Source of the DNA: Neodothiora populina
Taxonomy: Eukaryota
Length of the DNA stretch: 64,000 bases
Direction: 5' to 3'
Assembly (NCBI RefSeq): GCF_041146345.1
Contig: NW_027191404.1
Span: forward strand, 1,302,001-1,366,000
Shown here: positions 47,419 through 60,100 of the stretch, piece after piece
Numbering within the stretch: the first letter of the stretch is position 1
Layout: each line of letters starts with the position of its first letter
Notes under the pieces: generated by a model
What the model was told of the DNA's origin: nothing
The model's input: only the letters and a program-made list of their open reading frames with translations
The model's database searches: none
Position numbers and translations under genes: made by a program

Positions 47419-48381
47419 TCAAACCTTGCGCTTCTTGGCAGGAAGGAAAGGATCGTAGGCCGGTCTCTTCCTCGGCATCCTCGAAGCTGACTGACTCGGC
47501 AGACTTGAGCTTGGATGACTTGCCGGTCTCGCGGGTGGAGAAGCCGACTTACGCGCCACCGTGGTGCTGGGCCTGGAACTTGATGAGGCAGTCAGAGCTC
47601 GTAGCCGTTTCTCTTTTGCTTCTTGCTCCTTGATGGTAGCCATGTTTATAGCCCTCTCGCTGGCGGACCGAGTGTTGGTTCTCGGGGCGAAGACCGTGGG
47701 ACGAGGGGCTGTTTGTGTTGGGACTGGTGGTTGTTGGATTTTTGGCTGGTTACGGTTGTATTGGCTGACCATAGACCGAGGAGCCTGCTGGACGACACCG
47801 CGTCTCTGCTGGAGTTCGTGGGAGGCAATACTCAGAGCAGCGTTGCGCCCTTGTTGTCTGGTAGCGGTCTGACTCTTGAGAATCTTGAGCTGATCCGCGG
47901 CCGTTCGAGCATTCCTCAGAGCCTGTGTACCAGAGGGAGCATCACGCGGGGCTCCACCCCACACATTCTTCTTGCCTTGGGGAATGACAGAGTGGATGAT
48001 ATTGACCGCGTTCTTGGCTTTCTCGCTCTTCTTTCCACTCAAGGCCGCCTTGAGCTGTTCCTCTGCGGCGTCCTGCTGTCTCTGGTCTGCTCTCTTCAGT
48101 TTGCGGTACACCTTACCCCAGTCTGCGGGATTAGCGGGGGCGTTGGCCTGCATCTTCCTGTCTCCATCTGGTATATCCCGTTTGATGAAAGTCCGCCATA
48201 TCTCGCCGGAATCTTCTGCGATGTGTGGAGATGCTTCTTCGATCTCAGCAAGTTGGCCAGGATTGGTGATTTTGCGGAGCATTGGTCGGACGAGGCGATA
48301 TGGCAACTCGCCGACATCCCTGATGTCAATGGCGTCCCGGATCGCTGCGCGCTGGCACATCTCGATGAGAGAGGGTACCAT
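47419..48381 (-). CDS. ELA1: Elongin A (SIII subunit A)-like protein
   Basis: BC-box VPSLIEMCQRA; DVGELPYRLVRPML.KI.NP.QL.EIE..SP.I...IW..FIKRD; W.KVY.KL. Confidence 0.85.
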   Translation of the reverse strand: MVPSLIEMCQRAAIRDAIDIRDVGELPYRLVRPMLRKITNPGQLAEIEEASPHIAEDSGEIWRTFIKRDIPDGDRKMQANAPANPADWGKVYRKLKRADQRQQDAAEEQLKAALSGKKSEKAKNAVNIIHSVIPQGKKNVWGGAPRDAPSGTQALRNARTAADQLKILKSQTATRQQGRNAALSIASHELQQRRGVVQQAPRSMVSQYNRNQPKIQQPPVPTQTAPRPTVFAPRTNTRSASERAINMATIKEQEAKEKRLRALTASSSSRPSTTVARKSASPPARPASHPSSSLPSQSASRMPRKRPAYDPFLPAKKRKV

Positions 48382-49040
48382 CTTTGGTATGGTGGAAAAG
48401 GGGTTGAGTATTTGAGACTTTGATGAAAGCGGTATTACTACGCCTGTACAGAGCTGGAAATTCTGAAAAGCAGGACAAAGACTCTGGTAAAGTAGTATAC
48501 TCGATCACTGTAAAGTAACAAAGGAGAGATGTGGTGACGGAGAGCGACGACGACTTTATAGACTCCAGACAGAAAAGCGAATTGCACGAATACTCGACAG
48601 CCGGATCATGACAAAAAGGGTGGCATAATTGGTCAGGATCAACAGAAGTTACAATATGTCCAGATCATATGGTCCAGGATCAAGTGCATCTGGCTACAAT
48701 AGAATACAATAGATGCCTCACAAAGGCTAAGGTACCAATACACAGGTGCTCAGCGGACTAGCTTGAGGTGCTCAGCGGACCTGCAACTGCCAAAATTGGC
48801 ATCACATGCGGTCTGGACTGGGGAAAGCGTGACGGAATCACGCATTAGTGTGCATCGGAGCGGAGTCAGACAGAGTCCTTTTGGGAGCTGCTCATGACTC
48901 ACGACACATATGTCTGAGCTCAAGTCTCAATGCGCGACAGTCGAGGTAATCACAATAGTAGAGTAGGTGCAACACATTACACAACTCACAATCTCTGTGC
49001 TGTCTCTACGATCAACTCGGCTATACGCGACACTATCGTC

Positions 49041-50105
49041 ATGTCCGGCTTTCCTCTTCTCGAGCAGGCCTCGGAAGGCAAGTGCGCCACATCGCAACAA
49101 CCACAATTGCCCACCACTGACTTTTTCCCAGATTCACTTCACCTAACACGTCTTCTCAATGTCGAAGAGAGACCTTTCGCCAGGGTCTCGAAGCGCTTAC
49201 TCAGTCGCGATGCTTTACTACGTTCCTTTCCCGCGCAGCTGCCGACTCCGCCACCCGACGAGGCTTCGGTGGACGAGGCCGCCGCCGCAGTCGAAGCCGA
49301 GCGCCAGAAACAAGAGCAGGAGCGACGTCAATGGCGCGACGATGTCATGCTGGATTTCGCCAACCTCGAAAGCACATTCATCCGCGTAGAGCTGCTCAAG
49401 AAGAGCAACGAGAAGGAGCGCGAGCGCTATGCGGCAGAGAAGATCAACATCCTCGAGACTGCCGATGCTGTTCGCAAAAACACCGCCGATCTGCGCATAC
49501 AGCTGTCAGATGCGCAAAGGACGCTGGCCTTGCGCAAAGAGTACGATGCGCTCGCGAACAAAATCACGAGCAATCGTATGCTCAAGCCGAGAGAGGAGCA
49601 GCACGCAAACCTGGAGAAGCTCAACGCCGAAATTGCCGATTTGGAACAGGAGGGACACGACTATGCGCAGACGTGGGCGGAGCGGAAAGAACAGTTTGAC
49701 AAGATCATGTCGGAAGGCAGACAGATGCTCAGGATCATCAGAGGAGAGAAAGACGAGTCGGAGAAGGAGGAAGGCATGGAGGATGCGGATGAGGCGGAGG
49801 GCAATACCGACAAAGACACCCCGAGACCCGACATGGGCGGTGCTACACCTTTGCCACAAGACGGAGAGACATCTAGTGCCTCGACTCACGCCCAGCGCCT
49901 GAACAAGGAGCTGGGATTGTCAGCTACCAGTGGCGCACCCTCGGTCGAGGTCAGTGCCGCTCCAACACCCGCAAGAGACTCGGACATGGTGGAAGCAGAA
50001 GCAGAAGCAGAATCAACGCCTCAGCCAGGCCCTGCTTCGGATGTCGAGGAAGGTGAGGCCGCCGAGGATTCACTTGAAGATGGCGAGCACATGGATACGA
50101 CATGA
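49041..50105 (+). CDS. THO complex subunit 7 / Mft1-like protein, probable GC-AG intron 49078-49131
   Basis: LH.TRLLNVEERPF.RVSKRLL, WRDDVMLDFA.LE, SNEKERERY..EK, RKEYDALA.KI, W.ERKEQF. Confidence 0.8.
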   Translation: MSGFPLLEQASEGKCATSQQPQLPTTDFFPDSLHLTRLLNVEERPFARVSKRLLSRDALLRSFPAQLPTPPPDEASVDEAAAAVEAERQKQEQERRQWRDDVMLDFANLESTFIRVELLKKSNEKERERYAAEKINILETADAVRKNTADLRIQLSDAQRTLALRKEYDALANKITSNRMLKPREEQHANLEKLNAEIADLEQEGHDYAQTWAERKEQFDKIMSEGRQMLRIIRGEKDESEKEEGMEDADEAEGNTDKDTPRPDMGGATPLPQDGETSSASTHAQRLNKELGLSATSGAPSVEVSAAPTPARDSDMVEAEAEAESTPQPGPASDVEEGEAAEDSLEDGEHMDTT

Positions 50106-50201
50106 GATACCCACAGCATTGAAATGAGAAGAATCTACGTTCGGAGGACTAGCCTTGGTATCATGAAATCACACAGAATCCTAGCAGACACTCGAGAAAA
50201 G

Positions 50202-50649
50202 TTATGAAGTCTCCTTGAGGGCCTGCAGAGCGGCCGCCACTGCCTCCTTCGCCTTGGCAATGTCCTCGGACGAAGAGTGTTCCTCTTGCTCCTGCTGCTT
50301 CTTAGTCACTGTGGACGAGCGTTGTCACGTACAGGAAAATGACTTACCAGTTGCTGCTGGAGTTTGGCGAGAGAGTCCTTGATACGCTGCTGCAGTTGCG
50401 GGAAGACGGCTTTAGTCTCCTCGATAGCTCTTTGCTGTGGAATGTTAGAGACCCAGACTGGAATATTTGGCACTGGCTTTACTCTACCTCTTGCTTCAAT
50501 TTGTACTCGGCATTCTCATCGTCTTTGTCATGTCCGATGTTGGCAATTCTTGCCTGCTGTTGCTCGAGCTCTTTGTAATAGCTTGCCTCTTCCTTGACCA
50601 GACGGTTGACCGCACCGGTGGCGATAGCTAACTGAGAAGGTGGTGCCAT
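50202..50649 (-). CDS. RBL2: Tubulin-binding cofactor A, 3 exons
   Basis: MAPPSQLAIATGAVNRLVKEEASYYKE...DENAEYKLKQE|QRAIEETKAVFP...IAKAKEA. Confidence 0.9.
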
Positions 50650-50941
50650 ATCGATTACTTGTTGTGTTGTGATTTTGAATGAGTGCGACAAGAAAGATGC
50701 AGTAATGAATATTACAGTACAAACGTACGGCGTGATGCAACAATTTGGAGGGGTTTCGAATGCGGGTCAGGGTGGAAGTTGACGCTAATGCAACCACTTC
50801 CGCTACGCGCCACAGTCGCGCCTCTACGTGTGATTGACGCGAACGAACCCCTTTCCGCTTCTCAAGTGTTTACAGCGACAAAGCGGACATTTTGCCCACG
50901 GTGATGTTCTTTTCTATACTACACACTCTCACTACCCAAAC

Positions 50942-53900
50942 ATGTCTTCGCCGCCGCAGAATCGCTACCAGCGCTCTTCACCGCCGGGCTCGCCCAATCG
51001 GGCTCGACAGAACACAGACGGGCTCCCGAGCAGTCCAATGCAGGCAGATTCTGGCCCAGACGAACAATTACAGGCTGAAGCATCGCAAGAATCGCAGAAC
51101 TCGCTGCAAGTGCCTGGCGCAGAGACCCCGCGCGCGCATGCCAATGGCACTTCCCAAGACACTTCACAGATCCCTCCCACGTCATCGCCGCTGTTCTTCC
51201 GCTCGTCGTCGGCAGCGCCTGCAGGTGTGAACATCAGCTCTCCTCTGCGAGAACAGTCGATAGCTCCCAGTGATGATGGTGCTACTCCTCGTGCCTCTGG
51301 CCAGACTATCGGAGATTCTTCTCCAATCAGATACGCATCGAGTTCGAGCGCAGCACCTACTCCTCGCACCGGTGGTAACAGGACAGACCAGATCAGAAGT
51401 GAAAGCAGTGGTCTTTTTGTTCGTTCGCCTCTCAATGTACCCTCTGCAGCCATCAACAGGCGGCACGACATCGACTCAGACATCCTCTCGAGCAACGGTC
51501 GACGGAGGAGACTCTTTGTTGATGAGAGCGGTAGACCTGTGCGAGAGGACCACTCCGATGCTGCTACCTTTTCGAATCTCAACCCCAACACCTCAGAAGC
51601 GAATGCGCTGGGTGGGAACTCTACCAAGATCGTCTGGGGTACGAACATCAGTGTTTCCGACGCTACGTCAAAAGCTGCAGACTTTTATCGCAACTTCCAA
51701 CGAAAGTACCGTATGCTGCTGGATGAAGAAATCGAGTCGACTCGCAATCTGCCTGCCGACCATGTAGGTAATGAGAGACCATACGCCGAGGTCATGAGTG
51801 CGATGCTCGACTTTGGCACTGTGAACCTCAATCTCGACATGCAGGACGTCAAGTCATACCCGCCCACGCAGAAGCTCTGGTACCAGGTTCAGAATTTCCC
51901 CGCCGAACTCATGTCTGTATTTGACCAGGCATTGAAGGACGTCATGTATGAGATCGCGGAGAAGCGCATGGCTGATATGCGCGCTCAACAACAATCCACC
52001 GCCGGCGCGACCGATACCAGAATGAGAGACAACAGTTCCGTGCCACCTGTGCCGAGTTCAGACATCGATGCAACCCCGAGACGCCAGCCCGATGCAGTCG
52101 ACATTCCAGATCTTCTCAGTGAGGTGGAATCAAGGAGCTACAAGATCAGGCCCTTTGGCCTAGACAAGACTATCAACTTGAGAGACCTCAACCCCGGTGA
52201 CATGGACAAGATGGTCAGTGTCAAGGGTCTCGTCATTAGAACAACGCCCATCATTCCCGACATGAAATCTGCCTTCTTCAGATGCTCCGTCTGTCATCAC
52301 ACTGTGCAGGTCGACATTGACAGAGGCAAGATCGCCGAGCCTACCATCTGCCCTCGCCAAGTGTGCGCTTCTCCCAACTCCATGCAGATTGTACACAACC
52401 GTTGCAGCTTTGCAAACAAGCAGGTCATCAAGCTTCAAGAAACCCCAGACAACGTTCCGGATGGACAAACACCGCATTCCGTGTCACTCTGCGCCTATGA
52501 TGATCTTGTCGACGTGTGCAAGGCCGGTGACCGTGTGGAAATCACCGGTATCTTCAAGTGTAACCAAGTCCGCATCAACCCCCGCCAAAGGTCAGTCAAG
52601 AACATCTTCAAGACATACGTGGACTGCGTGTTTATCCGCAAAACCGATAAGCGACGCATGGGTATCGACGTCTCCACGCTCGACGAGCAGCTCTCGGAAC
52701 AAGCCACCGGAGGCAGGGAAGAGGTTCGCAAAATCAGCGAAGAGGACGAAGCCAAGATCAAGGAGGTCGCCGCTCGACCGGACGTGTATGACCTCCTCTC
52801 CAGATCTCTAGCTCCGAGTATCTGGGAGATGGACGACGTCAAGAAGGGCATCTTGCTTCAACTTTTCGGAGGCACTAACAAGTCATTCGAGAAGGGTGGT
52901 AGCCCCAAGTATCGTGGTGACATCAATGTCCTGTTGTGTGGTGATCCCTCCACCTCCAAATCGCAACTGCTCTCGTATGTACATAGGATTGCACCACGCG
53001 GAATCTACACCAGTGGCAAGGGATCCTCGGCTGTTGGTTTGACAGCATACATCTCTCGGGACCCTGAGACTCGGCAACTCGTTCTCGAATCTGGAGCCTT
53101 GGTCCTGTCTGACGGCGGTGTTTGTTGCATCGACGAGTTCGATAAGATGTCTGACTCGACTCGCTCGGTATTGCACGAAGTCATGGAGCAGCAGACGGTA
53201 TCTATTGCCAAAGCCGGCATCATCACAACACTGAATGCAAGAACGAGCATCCTTGCTTCAGCCAATCCCATTGGCAGCAAGTATAATCCTAACCTACCTG
53301 TACCGGCAAATATCGATCTACCGCCAACCTTGCTCTCACGTTTCGATCTTGTCTACCTCGTCCTTGATCGAATTGACGAGACGACTGATCGTAGATTGGC
53401 GAGACATTTGGTGGGCATGTACCTTGAAGACACCCCCGAGAACGCCAGCGCCAGTGAAATATTGGTAGGTAGCAACAGGCTTGTAATTCTGATAAGACCA
53501 AACTAACAAATTGTCTCAACAGCCAATCGAGTTCCTGACAGCCTACATCTCCTACGCCCGCAGCAACTGTCACCCCAAGATCAGCGAGGAAGCAAGCGAA
53601 GCTCTCGTGTCGTCGTATGTCGCCATGCGCGCCCTAGGAGCGGACATCCGCGCCGCAGATCGTCGTATCACCGCCACGACGCGTCAACTAGAGTCCATGA
53701 TCCGACTCGCCGAAGCCCACGCAAAGATGCGTCTCAGCGAGATCGTGACAGCAGACGACGTGCACGAAGCCGTGCGACTGATCCAGAGTGCGCTCAAGCA
53801 AGCAGCCACGGACGCGCGCACCGGCCTACTCGACATGGGTCTCCTGACAGAAGGCACGAGCGCCAGCGAACGCAGACGCAAGTCTGACCTCAAAGACGCC

Positions 53901-54119
53901 GTTCTGTCTTCTCTAGACGACATCTTGAGACACGGCGGCGGCGCAGGATCGAGCGTCCGGATCTCGGATCTTGTCAAGACCGTCGGCGAGGGCGCCAGTG
54001 TTAATGTCGAGACGGCAGAGGTCAACGAGGCCTTGCACGCGTTGGAGGCGGAGGGTAAGGTTCTGCTCTCTGGCGAGGGCCTCAGGAGGAGCGTCAGGAG
54101 GGTTACTGGTATTGCTTGA
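50942..54119 (+). CDS. MCM4: DNA replication licensing factor Mcm4/Cdc21, intron 53465-53522
   Basis: Ser/Pro-rich N-terminus, VWGTNIS, zinc finger CSVC...CPRQVC, GDPSTSKSQ, CCIDEFDKM, LLSRFD, ATTRQLESMIRLAEAHAK. Confidence 0.96.
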
Positions 54120-55022
54120 TTTGACATGATGTGGTCCTGGTCATGGGGTATCTAATAAATGAGGAGGGAGTTTGGGCTTGCGAGCTCCGGCGTCTGGGTG
54201 ACTTATCATAGTGGTGTTGTTCATTGAATTTCATGTATCGAACGCTCAGGATCAAACGAAGGAAGGAAAACGAACGACCTGCACGTCACGCTTATGGAGA
54301 CGGGGAAATTAGAACATAGCAGATGAACGGGATCCCCCTTTGCTTTCTTGCTGATTTGTCTTCTATACTTGTATGCATCGCCCTCGTCCACATATGCCAC
54401 GTAGGAAACGTACACGGAATGAACGCAACCAGATAATCTGCCAGCAGTAGGTAAGGAAAGAGTGAGAGCGAGAGTAGTGTTTTGCTCCGTTTTTCTTTTG
54501 TCATAAGACTCCTTCCCGGACCTTCAGTAAACTCGTGATCACAGGCTGGAAGCAATAGTGAAGATTGAAACCATGGTCCACATTCGCGAGGTAGTCCTCT
54601 TTTTTTTTTAAGGAGTAGATTTAGAATTGCTAACGAGGAAGAAAAAGAAAGGGGATGTTTACAATTTCGAATCTCCATTTTTTGTCTTTTGTTGGAACTC
54701 TCGATTTTTGTTTCCGTGCCTTCCAATACTCAATTGGAAATAGGGGGGGGGGGGGTAAAAAGTGAAGAACATCACGAGGTGTTTCTTTCGTTTCTTTTGA
54801 TGTGTATATGTCAAATGCTAATGATAACGAAGAGAAGAAAAGAAATGTTGCAATTTTTGGAACTCCATTCGTCTTATTCCGAACTCTTCATTGGAGATGA
54901 GGGTTAAAGTAAATACATTGCGAGTTGGAAAGGCCATCTCTTTTTTATGTCACATATCTCCTCGCTCTTCCTTCCTTCGATCTTCATTTTTGCTGGGAGA
55001 TACACAGGGGGAAAAAAAACGT

Positions 55023-56591
55023 CTACTTGATCTCGAGGCACTTGACGTCAAAGACAAGAGTAGAATTGGACGGGATGCCGGGCAGAGACTTGCCTCCGTA
55101 GGCAAGGTGGGCAGGCACAGTGATTCTGCGCTCACCACCGACGCTCATGCCGGCGATTCCAATGTCCCAACCCTTGATGACCTCTCCGGTGCCGAGCTTG
55201 AAGCTGAAAGGCTTGCCCTTCTTGTTGCTGTCGAAGACCTTGCCGTCCTTTTGGAGCTTGCCGATGTAGCGCATGCCGACGCGGTCACCACGCTTGGCGG
55301 CGGGGCCGGATCCTAGCTTCTTGTCGTCGATGGTCACGCCCTGGACCGTCTTGGGGCCGAGGGTGGCGCCGTTCTTGGGCTTCTCTGCGGCCTTCTTCGC
55401 TGCAGGGGTGGCGGCGGGAGAGCCAGTGGGTCCTTGCTCGAGGTTCTTTGCGAATTGCACCTTCTTCTTGTCTGAGGAAGGAGCATCGTCCTTGGTCTCT
55501 GCGGCGACGGGCTTGCCCTCGTTGTTCTTGAGCTTCTTGGCTTGCTTCTTGCTGAGCTTGTCGTCACCGTTGGTCTGGGCCTTCGAGATGAGGTCGTCGA
55601 GGCTGGTCTCGGTCTCCTCTGCTGCGCGCTTGTTCTTTCCCTTCTTGCTGTCGGCGGCCTTGATCAATTTCGGGGCCTCCTCCTCGGACTCGTCCTCGAC
55701 CTCGGTGATGCGGGGGTCCTCCAAGTCGTCAAGATCATCCTCGGAGAAATCCTCGTCGAGCTCATCCTCATCGGGGGAAAGGTCGTACTCGTCCTCATCC
55801 TCGTCGTCTGAGTCCTCGTCGTGAGTGTGATCGGGCTCGACGTAGTTGCCGGTAAGGAAGATGGAGTGGGTTCCGTTCACGACGAACCAGACCTGCTCGT
55901 CCTCGCCGACGGTGATGTCGAGAGGCTGTTGGTAGTGCTGCGCGGAAAGAAGGTCAATTCATGATCTTTTAGTACAGGAACGGTCGCAATGCATACCTTG
56001 CTGGGGTCGAGTGTGCAGAGAACAAACTCCTCAGGCTCAAAATCCTCCTCGTCACTGTCCTCCTCGCTGTCCTCGTCGTCGTCCTCAAAGTCCTCCTTGA
56101 TGTCGAGGACCTTGCCCTTGCCTTTCTTGGGAGCATCGTCAACCTCCATCTCTTCGGCGAGCTCTTTCTTCAGTTGCTTGACAGCGGCGGCCTTGCGGGC
56201 CTTCTTGCTCTTGGCGGGGTCGCTGGGACCACCGTTGGCCTCCTCGTCGGAAGACTCCTCTCCATCCTCGTCCGAAGCAAGCATGGCGTCCATCTCGTCA
56301 ACGTCAAAGTCAGAGTCTTCGTCGTCGTCCATGTCGATGAGGGGAGCGCGAATGATTTTGAGAGTTGCGCGAGGGTGCTTGCTGTCGCCCTCGGGCTCGG
56401 CGCTCGGGTCGATGGCGGCCATGGTGAGACGGAACTGATGGCGCACGTTAGTTTTCGATGTTCAGTCGGCTTCTTCCTTCTCTTCTATCTCCAGCAAGAC
56501 TTACAGCAGCGGGAATGTCGCTCTTCGCCGGGATTGGCACACCACCGGGGGGGACCTCGAGTCCGAAAACAGCCATAGGAAGAACACCCAT
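55023..56591 (-). CDS. FPR4: Nucleolar FK506-binding protein (nucleoplasmin-like N-terminus plus FKBP PPIase), 2 introns
   Basis: [37 protein letters not shown], acidic tracts, [31 protein letters not shown]. Confidence 0.92.
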
Positions 56592-57112
56592 TTTGAAGAT
56601 GAAACTGATTGAAATGGGGAAGAAAATTGGATGGAGACAAAAAGATTTGGGAGGGAGAGAAGAGAGAATAACTTCTTCTTGCCTGGCAACCAAAAGATTT
56701 ATCTTTCTTTCATGTAGCAATGCACGGCCCTGATCTTTTGCTGATTATCTCTGAACAATCTACAGTATCTCTTGGCGCTGACGTTTGGCTGTAAAACACC
56801 CTTTCTCGCCTTTATCCACGGAATTAAGAGACGCCGCCTCCGCGTTCGACACGCGCGTGTGTGGCTAAATTGAATCCAGGTTGGTTGCACGTCTTGTGGC
56901 GTCATTCCAGGCTAGTGCCTTCCTTACCTTCCATACCTTCCATTGTTAGCCTACCTACCTACCTAGGTTCGACATCAATGATATGCATATCGACTAACTC
57001 GCTATGGACATTGCGCCCGCCCTAATGTCATCAACCATCCCAGCGTGGAAGCGATCAAAAGAGGCATGTTGAACGCGCTCGCATATCACTTCCACATACA
57101 TGTACCGTAGCC

Positions 57113-60100
57113 ATGGGGTCGCGCCTGGAGAACAAATCGGCGCAGGTCCGAAAACGTATCGAAAATCATACTTTCGACAACGAAGAGGGAGAGGAATACG
57201 AGGCATCCAAGTTCGGTGGCTTCAATGACTACTTTCGCCGTAAAAAGATCAAACTACAGAATCTCGATGTCGACTTACGCGCAAAGTCCGCCGACAAACC
57301 ACAAATCTTTCGTGGAGTCGTTGCTCACGTTAATGGATATACTCAGCCGTCACTCAATGATTTACATGCTATGCTTGTCAGCCATGGCGCTGGTTTCGTT
57401 CAGTACCTCGACGGCAAAACCATGGTGACCCACATCATCGCTAGTAGTCTCACCCCTAAAAAGGCTGTTGAATTCAAGAGATATCGCATGGTGAAGCCGG
57501 CCTGGGTAGTTGACAGTGTTCAAGCGGGTCGATTGCTACCTTGGGACAGCTATCGCGTTGTGGATGAGGGGGTTGGCCAAAAGGTGCTGGCTTTCGATAA
57601 TGGTCAGATCACAAGCCAGGTCAATAAACAGGTCAAGGGCTACAGAGAGCAGAGCGATGCTAGCTGGTACACCTCGCAATTGCAACCTTTCCTCCCAACT
57701 GCTGGCCAAGGCTCTCCACTTTTGTCACCAGATCTTGCTCCCACCCCGGAAGTAGAAGACACGCGCGCCTCAGGAGCAGATGATCCGAGTGCATCTTCAG
57801 GCCTGCAAGTTTCTGATCTAAGTGATTTATTGCCTTCCGTTGGGAGTGACATTGGTCCGGCCGCTGCAGATCAACAGACGGCAGCGTCACCGAACACAAT
57901 ACCTCTGGAGTCTGAACTTGATGGAGTCACCCTTGCGCTGGACACGGCAGTAGAGAAGGACGACCAAACTACGGCCAACGAGTCAACGTATGCTGAGCAA
58001 CAACTCCGCGGCACCAAGCGCTCACTCGAGGATGCTCCAGTGTCCCCAAGGAAAGCTACAAAGCTTACTGCCGAAGAACACAATGCGATCCTACTTGCCG
58101 ATCCTCGCTTACGCATGTCAACTGTCGTCAATCCCGATTTTCTTGAACAATACTACCGTGAATCTCGCTTACATCACCTCTCTACCTGGAAAGCCGATCT
58201 CAAGGCCCAGCTCCAATCCATCGCTGCCGAAAAGTCTTCCTCGCAGAAAGCGCTGAGCAAGAGAAGGCCTGGCTCTCGCCGCTATATCATGCATGTCGAC
58301 TTTGACAGTTTCTTTGCCGCTGTCTCGCTCAAGAAGAACCCAGAGTACAAGGACGTACCGGCCGTTGTTGCTCATGGTCCAGGATCCGGCTCAGAAATTG
58401 CGAGCTGCAACTATCCCGCAAGGAAGTTCGGCATCAGCAACGGCATGTGGATGAAGAAAGCACTAGAGTTGTACCCGGAGCTCAAGGTTCTCCCGTACGA
58501 CTTTCCAGCTTATGAAGAAGCCAGTCGCAAATTCTACGATGTCATCTTAGCCACTGGTGGCATTGTGCAGAGCGTGAGCATCGACGAAGCTCTGGTGGAC
58601 ATCAGCGATAAGTGCATCTCTGCCAGTGGATCCGACGGCGTCCACAGGAGTGAGGGTAGTAATTGGCGTGAGCAGTCCAGAGCAGATAAAATCGCAAAGG
58701 ACCTCAGGGACAGAGTGTTTGAGCTCACTGAATGCCATGTCTCGGTCGGTATTGGAGGCAACATCTTGCAGGCTAAGCTTGCGCTTCGAAAGGCCAAGCC
58801 AGCTGGTCAACATCAAGTGAAGCCTGAAGAGGTCCTTGACTTTATCGCGGGACTCGAGGTGCAAAGCTTGCCAGGAGTTGCTTTCAGTATAGCTGGAAAG
58901 CTCGAAGAAATCGGTATCAAGCTTGTCAAAGATATACGCGAAACCTCAAAAGAGCGACTTATCCGCACGTTGGGCCCTAAGACGGGCGAAAAAATTTATG
59001 AATATGCCAGGGGCATTGACAGAACAGAAGTCGGCGACCAGATAATGCGTAAATCTGTTTCCGCAGAGGTCAATTGGGGTGTCCGGTTCGAGAACCAAGA
59101 ACAGGTTGATGAATTCATCCAGAGCCTTTGCGGCGAGCTTCAGCGAAGGCTACTGAAAGAAGGTGTCAAGGGACGACAGCTCACCATGAAAGTCATGCGT
59201 CGTTCGCCTGACGCTCCACTTGATCCTCCCAAGCATCTGGGCCATGGAAAGTGTGACACATACAACAAAAGCCTTCAGCTTGGAGTCGCTACAAATGACG
59301 TTGATACCATTGCGAAAGAGGCATTGGCGACTATGCGTGGTTTTGGCTTTACGCCGGGCGAGCTGCGCGGTCTGGGCGTGCAGATGACCAAGCTGGAGCC
59401 GATCAAAACCGGTCCAGATGGTCGAGCGGATAGCAGTCAGCAAAGACTGCTGTTCAAAAGACCCGAAGCGCCCATAGCCAAGCAAGCTGTCGTCGGAGAT
59501 CCGATCACAGATGACATCGAAACGCCCAAGAAAAACCGTGTCCGTGACGTCTACCAGCCTGCGATTCCATTTAGTCTTTCAACCAATAAGAGTCCTAGTC
59601 GTCGTCCGATGAATATGTTAGGAACCCAGTTCATTGTACCTACACAGATCGACCCCAAAGTCCTTGCAGAACTGCCTGCGGAGCTCCGAGTAAAGCTAAT
59701 GCAGCAAATGGGTTCCAAGAACGTGGTTGCGCGCGAGGACGATCAAGATACAAGTCGTGCTACTCAAACGGTCTCTCGTGCGCACTCTCCGACGCCAGGC
59801 AAACTGGACGAAGACTTTCTAGATTCTCTCCCAGAGGATATTCGTGCAGAAGTCCGCGCTATGTACCGTACTTCTCCCCGCAAAGCAGGAGCGCAGTCGC
59901 TCCTTCCCCAATCCCCTCGAAAGAATCGAGCGCTACCTCCTCCACCGAGGAAACCGCTGACGAAAAAGCGTGGTGGAGGTCTATTTGGTCGTAAAAGTGT
60001 CTTCGGTAAAAGTAGCTCGTCTACACTCACTCAGGCCAATTTCGTCGCGCGCGCTAGTATGCCAACTCCGGAAGCATTTGAGGGCACAGGTACAGATACG

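Noticed and set aside
54743..54755. G13 homopolymer
   Set aside because: It is a simple run in the AT-rich 3' region between MCM4 and FPR4, with no further support for function.
55273..56578. Long plus-strand ORFs opposite FPR4 (similar ones lie opposite ATG7, Elongin A and MCM4)
   Set aside because: They are antisense shadows caused by GC-rich codon bias and carry no domain motifs.
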